Part shown: in pieces, positions 19,236 through 30,112 of the stretch
Numbering within the stretch: the first letter of the stretch is position 1
Layout of the letters: every line of letters starts with the position of its first letter
Assembly: GCA_965660855.1 (NCBI GenBank)
Contig: CBFIBM010000006.1
Location: 45,977 to 109,976, forward strand
Direction of reading: 5' to 3'
DNA from: an uncultured bacterium
Lineage (GTDB): Bacteria; Fidelibacterota; Marinisomatia; Marinisomatales; UBA1611
DNA: 64,000 nt
Made by a program: the position numbers and the translations under genes
Notes under the pieces: generated by a model
The model's input: only the letters and a program-made list of their open reading frames with translations
Told to the model about the DNA's origin: nothing
Databases searched by the model: none

Positions 19236-20675
19236 ATGGATAACATAAATAAATCGTTAATAAATCTCAACTTTCATATTAAAATAAAATTTTTTACCCT
19301 AATAATTTTTATTTCCTTATCTTGCTCATCAAATCTAAGAATTTTAGAATTAAAAAAATCATATTTCATTCAAGAAAAGATTGAGAATATTCTAAAAAGA
19401 CTTGAATTAAATACTTCTACTGGTATTAAAATAATATCGTTAGGGTCAAAAAAAGTTTTATTTTCAAAAAATGAAAAAAAGCTCTTTTCACCGGCTAGTA
19501 ATATGAAGCTTTTAACTAGTGCAGCAGCAATTGAGATCTTAACTCCTAATTATAAATTTAAAACAATAGTTTATAATCATAAAAATAATATTATTTTTTC
19601 AGGAAGTGGGGACCCCACATTTGAACATAGGCATCTTGATTCATTAGCAAAAATTATTAGCTTAAAATTTAAAAATATTGATACTCTATTTATTGAAACA
19701 AAAAAAATGGATAGTCTCGAGTACGGAAATGGATGGATGTGGGATGAAGGTTCGGAAGAGTATTCAGCAGCGATAAATACATTTATAGTAGATAAAAATT
19801 GTATTACTTTTGAATGTCTACCAAGCACTATTGGAAGACCTGCAATAATACAATTTACGCCACACATGGATGAAGTTATCATAGATAATGTATCTTTAAC
19901 CGTGAACGACACTTTAGATTTTTTAAAGCTAAAAATTGAACGAGACTGGTTAAATCAAAAAAATAATTTTTCTATTTTTGGGGAGATTAAAGTAGATAGC
20001 AAACCCGATACCTTAATAAAAAATATTTATAACCCCAATTTGTTCAATGCTAAACTTTTTAAGAAATACTTAATATCTTATGGTTTAGAAGTAGACGAAA
20101 TAAGAATGATTAGAAAATGGGAAAAAAAAATGGATACTTTAGCCATTCATGAGTCTAAAAATTTAAGTGTTATCATAGAGAAAATGATGCATGAAAGTGA
20201 TAATCAGATTGCCGAAGTCTTAATTAGGACATTAGGTTTAAAAAATTATCAAAATGGTTCTGCAAAATATGGAATAAAATCAGTTAAAAGCTTTATGTTT
20301 GATAAGGCAAAAATTGATACATCCTCATTGCGTATGGCAGATGGTTCAGGTCTATCTAGATATAACTTATTAAGTGTCGATCAAATAATAAATCTGCTAA
20401 GCTATATGGATAAATCACCTCAAAGTAAGACTTTCAAACGTTCTCTTCCAAATGGTGGGGAGAGAGGTAGTCGTTTAGAAAATCGCATGATTAGTTTTGG
20501 AGAAAAAGTTATGGCAAAAACTGGGGGACTCTCCGGTGTTTCTTCCCTATCAGGTTATTTAGATTCTGAAAGCTTAGGCCCATTAGCTTTTTCAATTATC
20601 ATGAATGGATATGTCGGCTCCTCCGATCCTTACAGGCTACTTCAAGACGAGATTTGTGAGGTCTTCACAAAATAA
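19236..20675 (+). CDS. dacB: D-Ala-D-Ala carboxypeptidase/endopeptidase (PBP4, S13)
   Basis: PASNMK, GSGDP, SDN, DGSGLSR, KTG. Confidence 0.92.
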   Translation: MDNINKSLINLNFHIKIKFFTLIIFISLSCSSNLRILELKKSYFIQEKIENILKRLELNTSTGIKIISLGSKKVLFSKNEKKLFSPASNMKLLTSAAAIEILTPNYKFKTIVYNHKNNIIFSGSGDPTFEHRHLDSLAKIISLKFKNIDTLFIETKKMDSLEYGNGWMWDEGSEEYSAAINTFIVDKNCITFECLPSTIGRPAIIQFTPHMDEVIIDNVSLTVNDTLDFLKLKIERDWLNQKNNFSIFGEIKVDSKPDTLIKNIYNPNLFNAKLFKKYLISYGLEVDEIRMIRKWEKKMDTLAIHESKNLSVIIEKMMHESDNQIAEVLIRTLGLKNYQNGSAKYGIKSVKSFMFDKAKIDTSSLRMADGSGLSRYNLLSVDQIINLLSYMDKSPQSKTFKRSLPNGGERGSRLENRMISFGEKVMAKTGGLSGVSSLSGYLDSESLGPLAFSIIMNGYVGSSDPYRLLQDEICEVFTK

Positions 20676-20677
20676 CA

Positions 20678-21811
20678 ATGAAAGATTGCAGTTATATCAA
20701 TTGTATATTTATTATACATCTTATTTTTTTATCAAGTTGCAATAATGGCTTAAATGAGCAGAGAAATTTTAATAAAACATACTCTGAACTTCTATCTAAG
20801 TATGCACCTGATGAATCACTATCTATTAATGAAATCTACCTAAAAACAAAAGACGGAAAGAATTTTATAATTGGGAAAACAAATGAAAAAGAGATTTATC
20901 AATCTCTAAAACAATACTCAGATTCAATGTCTTATCAATTCTTAGTTAAGATGTTACCTGACTCATCTATTCAAGATAGTATTTATGGAATAGTAAATCT
21001 CAGTGTTACTGCATTACGTGAAAAACCAAAGCACTCATCGCAAATGGTAGACCAAGCGATTTTGGGTAATTATGTTCGATTATATGAAAAGATAGATGGT
21101 TGGTATTTATGCCAAACAGAGTATAACTATGTTGGTTGGATAAATGAAACCGCAATTCATCTTTGTGATGAAAACACCTTAGCATTATGGACTACCAACT
21201 CTTTACGTATAATTTCGGTATTAAATAGTACTTTATATTCAGAGCCTGATAAAAGTAGTCTTCCAGTTAGTGATTTAGTTTTGAATAATATAATTCAAAA
21301 AATTGACGTGATGAATGATTGGAGTAAATTTATTTTACCGGACGGTAGGATAGGGTTTTTACCTGATAGTGATTTTAACATTATCAAAATTGAAGAGAAT
21401 AATGATAGTGACATTAAAATTATTGAAAAAGCTAAAAGTCTATTAGGAACTCCTTATCTATGGGGTGGAAATTCGACAAAGGGTAATGATTGCTCTGGAT
21501 TCACACAGTTATTATTTAAATCGGAAGGAATTTTTTTACCTAGAGATGCCCGTCAACAAGCATCTCTTGGTAAAGAAATTAATATTAATGAACTTTTATT
21601 AGGAGATCTTCTCTTCTTCGGTAATGGAGAAAAAATAACACATGTTGGAATAAGTTTAGGGCAGTACGATTATATTCATCAAGGCGGGAAAGTTGAAATT
21701 CACTCTTTAGATAAAAAATCTAATATTTATAATAAGTATAGAGCAAAGACTTTTATGTTTGCAAAAAGAATTCTTAGTAAAAACATACTTTATCCCTCTA
21801 TTAAATCATAA
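20678..21811 (+). CDS. SH3 + NlpC/P60 gamma-D-Glu-mDAP peptidase (YkfC-like) lipoprotein
   Basis: PYLWGG, DCSGF, LPRDA, GDLLFF, HVG; SH3b-like segments. Confidence 0.88.
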   Translation: MKDCSYINCIFIIHLIFLSSCNNGLNEQRNFNKTYSELLSKYAPDESLSINEIYLKTKDGKNFIIGKTNEKEIYQSLKQYSDSMSYQFLVKMLPDSSIQDSIYGIVNLSVTALREKPKHSSQMVDQAILGNYVRLYEKIDGWYLCQTEYNYVGWINETAIHLCDENTLALWTTNSLRIISVLNSTLYSEPDKSSLPVSDLVLNNIIQKIDVMNDWSKFILPDGRIGFLPDSDFNIIKIEENNDSDIKIIEKAKSLLGTPYLWGGNSTKGNDCSGFTQLLFKSEGIFLPRDARQQASLGKEININELLLGDLLFFGNGEKITHVGISLGQYDYIHQGGKVEIHSLDKKSNIYNKYRAKTFMFAKRILSKNILYPSIKS

Positions 21812-22620
21812 AACATAACTCCATCAAAGCGAAATTTTTCTTGAGTTTTTATATATTCTAATAAATCAATTTTGACAGTTTTTTCAAATTCAGATGATGC
21901 ATGAAAAAGAAAAAAATTATCAATCAAAAATCCCTCATGAGCAATAACAATACCGAGCTTAAAATAAGATCTTTTCACAAATGCAATACCACAAACTTCA
22001 GGTAATCTTTTTAATATCTTCTTACTTAATACTTCTATTGGAAGAAATTTCAATTCTATCTTAGAAGTCCAACCTAAGTGAAGAAATTCACCACCATTTT
22101 CTTTTCTATTTAATTCAATATTTAATACTTCCAGGCTGTCTCTTTGCACAATCCTTGGCGTAATATCCAACATTTTTGGATTATTCAATATTCTATCAGA
22201 TGTAAAATGCCATCTAGACTTATATGTTGGTATATGTAACCCGTTTTCATCTTTTTTATAATGAATTTTTTTCATAATGTTTCTAGCATCTAAGTAATTA
22301 TCACTCTCTGCAAATGCAAGAGTTGTTAGTATATGAACAGTGCAATCAGAGGAATCATTTCTAATTATTGGGTCTTTATCAATTCCTGTTTCCTCTCCAA
22401 GACAAAAAAGACCATATGGCGTATCTATTCTCCAATGATTAAAAGCTTTAAGACGTTCTTGATATTCGGGAAATCTTAATTTAAACTGTGGTAAAAAAAC
22501 CTCAAATTCTTTTTCAGATAATGTATGAGGTTTTGGTAAAGATTCAATCCATTTACTACGATCTGGTGCTTGCTTACATGAAAAATAAATTAGGTTAAGA
22601 CATAAAAATAATTTATTCAT
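21790..22620 (-). CDS. DUF1460 (AmiA-like) muramoyl-L-Ala amidase lipoprotein
   Basis: TPY..LGE, DCT, R.HF, HEG, HASS. Confidence 0.75.
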   Translation of the reverse strand: MNKLFLCLNLIYFSCKQAPDRSKWIESLPKPHTLSEKEFEVFLPQFKLRFPEYQERLKAFNHWRIDTPYGLFCLGEETGIDKDPIIRNDSSDCTVHILTTLAFAESDNYLDARNIMKKIHYKKDENGLHIPTYKSRWHFTSDRILNNPKMLDITPRIVQRDSLEVLNIELNRKENGGEFLHLGWTSKIELKFLPIEVLSKKILKRLPEVCGIAFVKRSYFKLGIVIAHEGFLIDNFFLFHASSEFEKTVKIDLLEYIKTQEKFRFDGVMFYDLIEG

Positions 22621-23896
22621 ATAATTTATAGGGTTTTATTCTATTTCTAAAATGCTCTATATCTTTATCTACAATCTGCTTTATTAAATCATAATTACCT
22701 ACCTCGGTTATTTTTTTTCTCAGAAGAGTACTCCCTAGAGCTTTATCAAACATACTGATACTGGAATTAGATGCTAAATTAAAAGGATCTTTATCAGGAT
22801 AAAGCATATTATGGGTTTGTAAAAAATAAAATTGTATTGAAAATAAATTCACTTCATTTAAGTTTTCAAAATGTATTTGAATTCCATTAATAGACTGCCC
22901 TTTATATAAAGAATAATAAGGAACAAAGTTAATAGGACGGAAGAAAACTCCTTTTAGATTTAATTTGTTCATTTTATCTGCTAATAAGTCAGAGTCAATC
23001 CAAGGAGCAGCAATTACCTGAAATGGAATTGTATAACCAACTCCAACAGAAAAAACTCCTAGTTCACCTAAAATACCCGTAGCAACCATGTAGAATGGAG
23101 TTTCATGATAAGGAACATGCGGAGAAGTTGGGACCCATACACGGCCAGTTTCATTAAATTTTTGATCTCTAGACCAATTATTCATTTTTATTATTTTTAA
23201 TTCGCACCTCTCATTTTTTTTCAAAAGCTCATTGTTTATATACAAAGCTAATTCACCACATGTTAATCCATAGACATACGGAATAGGGTACATACCTATA
23301 AATGACTTATTGTTCAAATCAAGAATATTACCTTCAACTCTATTACCTCCAAATGGATTAGGTCTATCTAAAACAATAAATTTAATATTGTTTTCAGCAG
23401 CAGCTTTCATTGCTAATCCCAATGTTGAGATATAAGTGTAAGATCGTATTCCTAAATCCTGAATATCAAATATTAAAATATCTATGTCTTTTAACATTTC
23501 AGAAGTTGGTTTTTTTGTCTCACCATACAATGAATAATAATTTAAACCCGTATCAAAATCATATGAGTTCAATATTTTTTTTCCTGCAATTTCGGTTCCT
23601 TTGAAACCATGTTCTGGACTAAATATCGCTTTCAATTCGATATTTGAAGAATTAATAAGTAGTTCAATATTTTGAGTTAAATTTTTATCAAGACCAGTTT
23701 GATTAGTTATTAATCCAATCTTTTTTCCTGATATAATATTAAAATTAGAATTAGAAAGAACGTCTAGACCAGTTTCAAATTTTTCCCTCGAAAAAATAAT
23801 ATCCTTCGGTTTAGGATTAAAAAAGCAGCTATTAAAAACAAATAACAGACTTAAAATTTTTATTAATTCTTTTTTTATTAAATAATATCTTTTCAT
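22613..23896 (-). CDS. namZ: Exo-beta-N-acetylmuramidase (DUF1343/YbbC)
   Basis: NQTG, PEHG, SLYG, FDIQD.G.R.YTY, LDRPNP, W.PTSP. Confidence 0.9.
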   Translation of the reverse strand: MKRYYLIKKELIKILSLLFVFNSCFFNPKPKDIIFSREKFETGLDVLSNSNFNIISGKKIGLITNQTGLDKNLTQNIELLINSSNIELKAIFSPEHGFKGTEIAGKKILNSYDFDTGLNYYSLYGETKKPTSEMLKDIDILIFDIQDLGIRSYTYISTLGLAMKAAAENNIKFIVLDRPNPFGGNRVEGNILDLNNKSFIGMYPIPYVYGLTCGELALYINNELLKKNERCELKIIKMNNWSRDQKFNETGRVWVPTSPHVPYHETPFYMVATGILGELGVFSVGVGYTIPFQVIAAPWIDSDLLADKMNKLNLKGVFFRPINFVPYYSLYKGQSINGIQIHFENLNEVNLFSIQFYFLQTHNMLYPDKDPFNLASNSSISMFDKALGSTLLRKKITEVGNYDLIKQIVDKDIEHFRNRIKPYKLYE

Positions 23897-23930
23897 TCAG
23901 GATTAAATTTATTCAAATTATCTTTTATAT

Positions 23931-24977
23931 ATGTCAAAATCAATTGAGAAAGAAATTGGGCAACTAATCATTGCAGGTTTCAGAGGAAATAAAATTAATA
24001 AGAATTCAGACATTGTTAAATATATAAATAAATATAACATTGCAGGCGTAATTCTTTATGATGAAGATCTTGAAATTGGAGGGGCAGGATCAAGGAATAT
24101 TACTTCAAAAAGCCAATTGAAAAAGTTATCTAAAGACCTCCAAAATATTTCAAAAAAGTCATTATTTATCTCTGCTGACCAAGAAGGGGGCAAAGTACAT
24201 CGTTTAAAATCCGACTATGGTTATTTAGGGACACCTTCTTGGAAACAAATTGGATTATTAGATAATGAATTGATGACAAAGGAATTTTCAGAAAACCTTT
24301 CGAATGAATTATTCAATGCTGGTATTAATTTAAATTTTGCTCCAGTACTTGATTTAGATTACGGAGATGGTACAGTTATTTCTGATTCAAAAAGAGCCTT
24401 CACTCATAACCCAGAGACCTTAATTAAACATGCAAGAATTTTTATAGAATCTCATAAAAACAGAGGAATAATAACATCTGGAAAGCATTTCCCAGGAATT
24501 GGAACAGGAAGAACGGATACGCATGAAGGTTTTACTGACCTCACAAGTTCTTGGGCAATTAGAGATCTTCAACCTTTTAATGAATTGATAAAATCAAATG
24601 ACCTTGATATGATAATGATTTCTCATGCATTTGATAAAAAACTAGACCCTTTATTTCCAGCTTCCCTTTCCAAAAAAACAATACAAGAAATGCTAAGAGA
24701 TGACCTTGGGTTTAATGGTGTTGTGATTTGTGATGACCCAAGCATGAGAGCAATTTCGAATCATTATAGCCTGAAAGAAACCTTTAAACTCATGATTAAT
24801 GCTGGAGTTGACCTTTTTTGTTTAGGGAATAATTTAATTTATGATAAAAATTATATACCAAAATCAATTTCCGTAATATCCGAATTGGTCGATGATGGTG
24901 AAATAAATATTGAAAAAATTTATCAATCAATTGGAAGAATTAATACTTTGAAAAAAGCCTACAAACTAAATGTCTAA
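23931..24977 (+). CDS. nagZ: GH3 beta-N-acetylhexosaminidase
   Basis: DQEGG.V.R, NFAPV.D, KHFPG.G...DTH, GF.GV...DD. Confidence 0.88.
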   Translation: MSKSIEKEIGQLIIAGFRGNKINKNSDIVKYINKYNIAGVILYDEDLEIGGAGSRNITSKSQLKKLSKDLQNISKKSLFISADQEGGKVHRLKSDYGYLGTPSWKQIGLLDNELMTKEFSENLSNELFNAGINLNFAPVLDLDYGDGTVISDSKRAFTHNPETLIKHARIFIESHKNRGIITSGKHFPGIGTGRTDTHEGFTDLTSSWAIRDLQPFNELIKSNDLDMIMISHAFDKKLDPLFPASLSKKTIQEMLRDDLGFNGVVICDDPSMRAISNHYSLKETFKLMINAGVDLFCLGNNLIYDKNYIPKSISVISELVDDGEINIEKIYQSIGRINTLKKAYKLNV

Positions 24978-25908
24978 AAATGTATCAATTGGCCTTGACT
25001 GTGGAGCATCCAAAATATTGTCTCAAGCTGCAAAAATTGATTCTTACCTTGACCTTGTAATTCCTATTGGAAAAACTATTGAGGAAGAATATCGTATGAA
25101 TTTTAGATGGAATAACAAGTTCAAACCAGTACCAATTGAAACTCAATTAGAAGAATTTAAAAATCAAAAAATTAAACTAACTTCCGAAGAAATATCTCAA
25201 GCAAATGTTATTTTAAGCCTCATAAATAAGTTTTTAAAAAATTTTAATGGAAAAAAAATAAGTATTTGCTTTCCTGGACTTAAGTCAAAAAATGGGGTAA
25301 CCGTTATGGCTAATGGACCTAGAATACCTAATCTTATAAAAGAATTAAACTACTTTAAAAATTTTTATAATGATTCAGATTGTTGTATGGTTGGTGAGCA
25401 AAAATCATCAGTTGGTAAAATGATTAATATTAAAAATGGAATTTATTTAGGTGGTGGAACAGGAATCGCAGATGGCCTAATCATAAATGGCAAAATTATT
25501 GATTTTAGAAACGCAACTAACATCCGACGCTCTTGGCAAATTATATATCAAGGAAAGACTATTGAATCAATGCTATCACCTTCTGGAATGATTAAATCTT
25601 TCAATCACAAGTTCAATCAAAATATAAATACTTTAGATGAGTTCATAAATTCTAAATATTCTATAGAAATTTTAATAGATGCATCTAATGCATTTTCAGA
25701 ATTAATAAAAGATCGAATTAAAATTTTTAATTTAATGGGGCAGCACCCAGAAATTATCGTTATTGGTCAGAGACTAGGTTTTTTTATTGATAAACTTGAT
25801 ACTAAAATAAAGGATATGTTTTTGAATTGTTCTAAAATACCATTGAGCTTTTCTACCGATAGAAGAACGGCAGCTCTTGGTGCCATTTATAAGATGTTAA
25901 ATCACTAA
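24970..25908 (+). CDS. Divergent ROK-family sugar kinase
   Basis: IGLDCGASK, ND.DC..GE, GTGI..GLIING. Confidence 0.65.
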   Translation: MSKNVSIGLDCGASKILSQAAKIDSYLDLVIPIGKTIEEEYRMNFRWNNKFKPVPIETQLEEFKNQKIKLTSEEISQANVILSLINKFLKNFNGKKISICFPGLKSKNGVTVMANGPRIPNLIKELNYFKNFYNDSDCCMVGEQKSSVGKMINIKNGIYLGGGTGIADGLIINGKIIDFRNATNIRRSWQIIYQGKTIESMLSPSGMIKSFNHKFNQNINTLDEFINSKYSIEILIDASNAFSELIKDRIKIFNLMGQHPEIIVIGQRLGFFIDKLDTKIKDMFLNCSKIPLSFSTDRRTAALGAIYKMLNH

Positions 25909-25911
25909 AAA

Positions 25912-27174
25912 ATGATAGAAATTTCAAATTTTCAAGAACCTATTATTTCTGTTGGAATTATACTTCCTGAAGATAAACAAAATAAATTATTAATAGTAGA
26001 TTCACTAAATCAAAAAGAGTTTAAAATTGCAATAGAAAAAAATAATTTAATAGTAAATAATGAATCAATTAATTCAATCTCATTAAAAAGAAAATTTAAA
26101 AATATTGAAAATTCTTATTTTCTTTTGGATTCGGTTATTGCTGGAAGAGGATTTCATTGGCAAAAAAAAATCTCAATCAAAATTGAAGGAGATTTACATA
26201 TTTCAAAGAATGCTGGTTCAATATTTTTAGTGAATAAAATACCTTTAGAATCTTATTTAATGTGTGTCGCAACATCGGAAATGGGTGGAAAATGTCCATC
26301 AGCTTTTTTAGAAGCTCAAACAATCGCAGCAAGATCATGGTTAATTGCTGCTGCAGAAAAAAAACATAAAGATTTAAAAATTGATGTATGTAACGATGAC
26401 TGCTGTCAAAGATATCAAGGAATAAATAATTTGACTAGTTTATCAAAAAATGCCTCTAAAACTACATTTGGCGTCGTGTTAACTCATAAAAATTCTATTT
26501 GCGATACAAGATATTCAAAATCATGTGGCGGCCACTCTGAAAATAACGAAAACGTGTGGAGAGGTCATCATAAAAAATATTTAAAAGGAATTTCGGATAA
26601 TGCTATAAATAGGTCTTACAATCTAATGAATGAAGAAGACTTTGTTAGCTGGATAAAAAATCCTCCAAATTCTTTTTGCAATGATTCTATTTTTAAAAAA
26701 GGTGAATTAAAAAAATACTTAGGAAGCGTTGATGAATCTGAATCTTATTTTAGATGGAGTTGGAAAATTTCTCAAATTAAATTAACAAAAAATATCAATA
26801 AAAAAGCATTAACTAATTTTGATAACATCCAAACTATTATTCCCATAAAAAGAGGCCTTTCAGGAAGAATATTAAAATTAAAAATTGTTGGTGAATCCAG
26901 CTCTAAAAATTCTGAGCTAATTTTAAATACTGAATATGAAATTCGTAGAATTTTACATCCAAAATTTTTATTAAGCTCTGCATTTATAATTAAAACAACT
27001 TTTTATAATAACAATTCAATACCTAATAATTTTATATTTAAGGGTTCTGGATGGGGACACGGTGTTGGGTTATGTCAAATAGGAGCTTTGAGAATGGCTC
27101 TTGACGGTAAATCATCCATACAAATATTGAGGCATTATTTCTCATCAATTAAGGTAAAAAAGATATATGAATAA
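25912..27174 (+). CDS. SpoIID/LytB-domain lytic transglycosylase
   Basis: LE.YL..V...EM, AQ.IAARS, CQRYQG, GWGHGVGLCQ.GA. Confidence 0.9.
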   Translation: MIEISNFQEPIISVGIILPEDKQNKLLIVDSLNQKEFKIAIEKNNLIVNNESINSISLKRKFKNIENSYFLLDSVIAGRGFHWQKKISIKIEGDLHISKNAGSIFLVNKIPLESYLMCVATSEMGGKCPSAFLEAQTIAARSWLIAAAEKKHKDLKIDVCNDDCCQRYQGINNLTSLSKNASKTTFGVVLTHKNSICDTRYSKSCGGHSENNENVWRGHHKKYLKGISDNAINRSYNLMNEEDFVSWIKNPPNSFCNDSIFKKGELKKYLGSVDESESYFRWSWKISQIKLTKNINKKALTNFDNIQTIIPIKRGLSGRILKLKIVGESSSKNSELILNTEYEIRRILHPKFLLSSAFIIKTTFYNNNSIPNNFIFKGSGWGHGVGLCQIGALRMALDGKSSIQILRHYFSSIKVKKIYE

Positions 27175-28999
27175 TACAATTGCATTACATTGGATTGACT
27201 GGGCTATCATAATCTCATACATAATATTTTCTTTAAGTGTTGGTCTATATTTTTCAAGAAGAGCAGGCAAAAGTACAGAAGAATATTTTTTATCTGGAAG
27301 ATCACTCCCATGGTGGCTAGTTGGTACATCTATGGTTGCCACTACTTTTGCAGCGGATACCCCACTTGCAATAACCGAATTTGTTCGAGGTCCTGGAATT
27401 TGGGAAAACTGGTTTTGGTGGAATGGGTTATTAGGATCATTACTTGGAATTTTTTTATTCTCAAGACTTTGGAGAAGAGCCGAAGTTTTAACGGATAATG
27501 AATTATTAGAAATCCGTTATAGTGGGAAGCCTGCAGCTTTTCTTAGAGCATTTAAGGCTAGTTACTTTGCAATTTTATATAACTTTATTGTTATGGGATG
27601 GGTTATCAATGCTATGGCTTCTATTGTATCAGTTATGCTTAATATGGATAAATGGACCGCTGTTTGGTTGTGTGTGATAATTGCACTTGTCTATGCAATT
27701 CTTTCTGGTTTTTGGGGTGTAGTGATTACAGACCTCGTTCAATTTGTCATTGCTATGTTTGGCTCCATTTCTCTTGCAGTGATTGGACTTAATTATGTTG
27801 GAGGCATGGAGTCTTTATTAGATAAAATTTCACAATTAGTTGGCACAGGTATTGCTCATGAGAATACTCTTAAATTTATACCTCCCATTCCAGATGAATC
27901 TATTTCAGATATTGCTTTTTGGGAGTCTCCTTTCTCTAAATTTTTAATATTTTTATCTGTAATGTGGTGGTCACACCATGGTACAGATGGTGGCGGGTAT
28001 ATTATACAGAGAATGTCTTCTGCAAAAAACGAGAAGCATGCATTAATGGCAACACTCTGGTTCAATCTTGCCCATTATGCTCTACGCGTATGGCCATGGA
28101 TTATTGTTTCTGTAGTTTCCATAGCTCTCTTTCCAGTAATTCCAGAAGTATACTCAGATCTTGGTACAAAAGCAGGATACCCTTTGGTGATGAATAGCCT
28201 ATTAGGTCCAGGAATGAAAGGTATTTTGATTGTTTCTTTTCTTGCAGCTTTCATGTCGACTATTGATACCCATTTAAATTGGGGTGCATCTTATTTAATC
28301 AATGATATTTATAAACGATTTTTTAAACCAGATGCATCTGAAAAGCATTATGTAATTATAGGAAAGATTTTAACAATAATTTTAATGATACTTGCAGCTT
28401 TTACATCTTTAAAAATGCAAAGTATCTCTAAAGCCTGGGAATTTATATTTTCGATGGGAGCTGGCATTGGATTAGTCTTAGTCCTAAGGTGGTTTTGGTG
28501 GAGAATCAATGCATGGACTGAAATTACAGCATTATCTATTTCAATAATCACTACTATTGCTCTTGAGATTATTGCTGCATATCAAACTATAATTGCAGGA
28601 AATAATTATACTTTATTTGGAAATGAACCTGTTTTATTTGGTATCGCATTACAAATTCATCACAAGTTACTAATCATTGTACCTTTTTCAATATTTAGTT
28701 GGCTTACAGTCACATTCTTAACGAATCCTGAACCTGTAGAAAAATTGGAAGAGTTTTATAAAAGAGTCCAGCCAGGAGGCTGGTGGAAACCAATTACTAA
28801 AAATTTCAACCACACATTACAACCTGTATTTGATGGATTTTTTATTCAATGGGTAGCAGGTGCTCTTATGATTTATGGTTTTACTTTTGGAATCGGAAAT
28901 CTAATATTTATTAATTATAGTACTTCTATATTGTGTTTTGGTTGTGCATTCATTGGTTCCTTTTTAGTCTGGAATAGAGGGCTTTCAAAGCTGGATTAA
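27167..28999 (+). CDS. Sodium:solute symporter (SSS)
   Basis: YFLSGRSLPWW, SMVAT, V..TD..Q, QR, AAFMST. Confidence 0.9.
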   Translation: MNNTIALHWIDWAIIISYIIFSLSVGLYFSRRAGKSTEEYFLSGRSLPWWLVGTSMVATTFAADTPLAITEFVRGPGIWENWFWWNGLLGSLLGIFLFSRLWRRAEVLTDNELLEIRYSGKPAAFLRAFKASYFAILYNFIVMGWVINAMASIVSVMLNMDKWTAVWLCVIIALVYAILSGFWGVVITDLVQFVIAMFGSISLAVIGLNYVGGMESLLDKISQLVGTGIAHENTLKFIPPIPDESISDIAFWESPFSKFLIFLSVMWWSHHGTDGGGYIIQRMSSAKNEKHALMATLWFNLAHYALRVWPWIIVSVVSIALFPVIPEVYSDLGTKAGYPLVMNSLLGPGMKGILIVSFLAAFMSTIDTHLNWGASYLINDIYKRFFKPDASEKHYVIIGKILTIILMILAAFTSLKMQSISKAWEFIFSMGAGIGLVLVLRWFWWRINAWTEITALSISIITTIALEIIAAYQTIIAGNNYTLFGNEPVLFGIALQIHHKLLIIVPFSIFSWLTVTFLTNPEPVEKLEEFYKRVQPGGWWKPITKNFNHTLQPVFDGFFIQWVAGALMIYGFTFGIGNLIFINYSTSILCFGCAFIGSFLVWNRGLSKLD

Positions 29000-30112
29000 A
29001 TGTCGAATCCAAGAAGGCTATATTCAATTGATGTTTTAAGAGGAATAACTATATCACTAATGCTCTTAGTCAATAATCCTGGGAGCTGGGCTTTTGTCTA
29101 TTCTCCTTTTTTACATGCAAAATGGCATGGTTGTACACTGGCTGATTTGGTATTCCCCTTTTTTTTGGTCTTAGTAGGTGCATCTACTAGGTTTGCATTT
29201 GTAAAATGGCACTACTACCCTTCAAAAGAGTTTCACCTTCATATTTTTTGGCGGAGTCTTTCAATTTTCATGGCTGGATTATTACTAAATGCGTACCCTT
29301 TTATAAGACAAGATTGGGATTGGAATTCCTTTCGTGTAATGGGAGTATTACAAAGAATTGCCATTGCTTATGGAATAAGTGCATTATTAATTATAAGATA
29401 TGATTTTAAAATAATTTTAAAAATCATTACTTTTACTTTATTCTTTTACTGGAGCTTATTATTTATTTGGGAACCAGATAATCCATATGCTTTAGAATCA
29501 AATTTAGTCCGCCACATTGATGTACTTCTTTTGGGAGAGTCACACCTTTATAAAGGTTTTGGAATTCCATTTGATCCTGAAGGCTTATTGAGCACTTTAC
29601 CTGCGATTGCGACTGTATTGATTGGTTATCTTTTAGGCGGTATGTTGCATACAACCAAGAATTTTAACGACTGTGCAAAACGAATGATTACCTTAGGAAT
29701 TTCTTTAGTAACCATTGGACTTTTGTGGGGATTAATATTCCCAATAAACAAAGCTTTATGGACTAGCTCTTACGTGCTTTTTACTAGTGGTGTTTGTGCA
29801 TTGATGCTCGCAATTCTAACTTACTTGATTGATGTAAAAGGATATAAAAAACACTTCAAACCATTTGAAATTTTAGGTACAAACTCAATATTTCTCTTTT
29901 TATTGTCAGGTCTTTGGACAAAAACAATCATTTCCGTCAAACTTAATCTTGATGGTAAGCTTGTGAGTTCATATCATTATTTGTATAAAACAATTTTCTT
30001 TCCACTTGCAGGTGAGTACAATGGATCTCTACTATTTGCAATTTCACACCTTATAATATTTTGGTTTATTCTTTTTTGGATGAATCAAAAAAAGATACAA
30101 ATTAAATTATAA
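29000..30112 (+). CDS. HGSNAT/NagX-like membrane protein (amino-sugar acetyltransferase family)
   Basis: RL.SID..RG, H..W.G.T.ADLVFP, GVLQRI, DPEGLL, PINK.LWT.S. Confidence 0.85.
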   Translation: MSNPRRLYSIDVLRGITISLMLLVNNPGSWAFVYSPFLHAKWHGCTLADLVFPFFLVLVGASTRFAFVKWHYYPSKEFHLHIFWRSLSIFMAGLLLNAYPFIRQDWDWNSFRVMGVLQRIAIAYGISALLIIRYDFKIILKIITFTLFFYWSLLFIWEPDNPYALESNLVRHIDVLLLGESHLYKGFGIPFDPEGLLSTLPAIATVLIGYLLGGMLHTTKNFNDCAKRMITLGISLVTIGLLWGLIFPINKALWTSSYVLFTSGVCALMLAILTYLIDVKGYKKHFKPFEILGTNSIFLFLLSGLWTKTIISVKLNLDGKLVSSYHYLYKTIFFPLAGEYNGSLLFAISHLIIFWFILFWMNQKKIQIKL

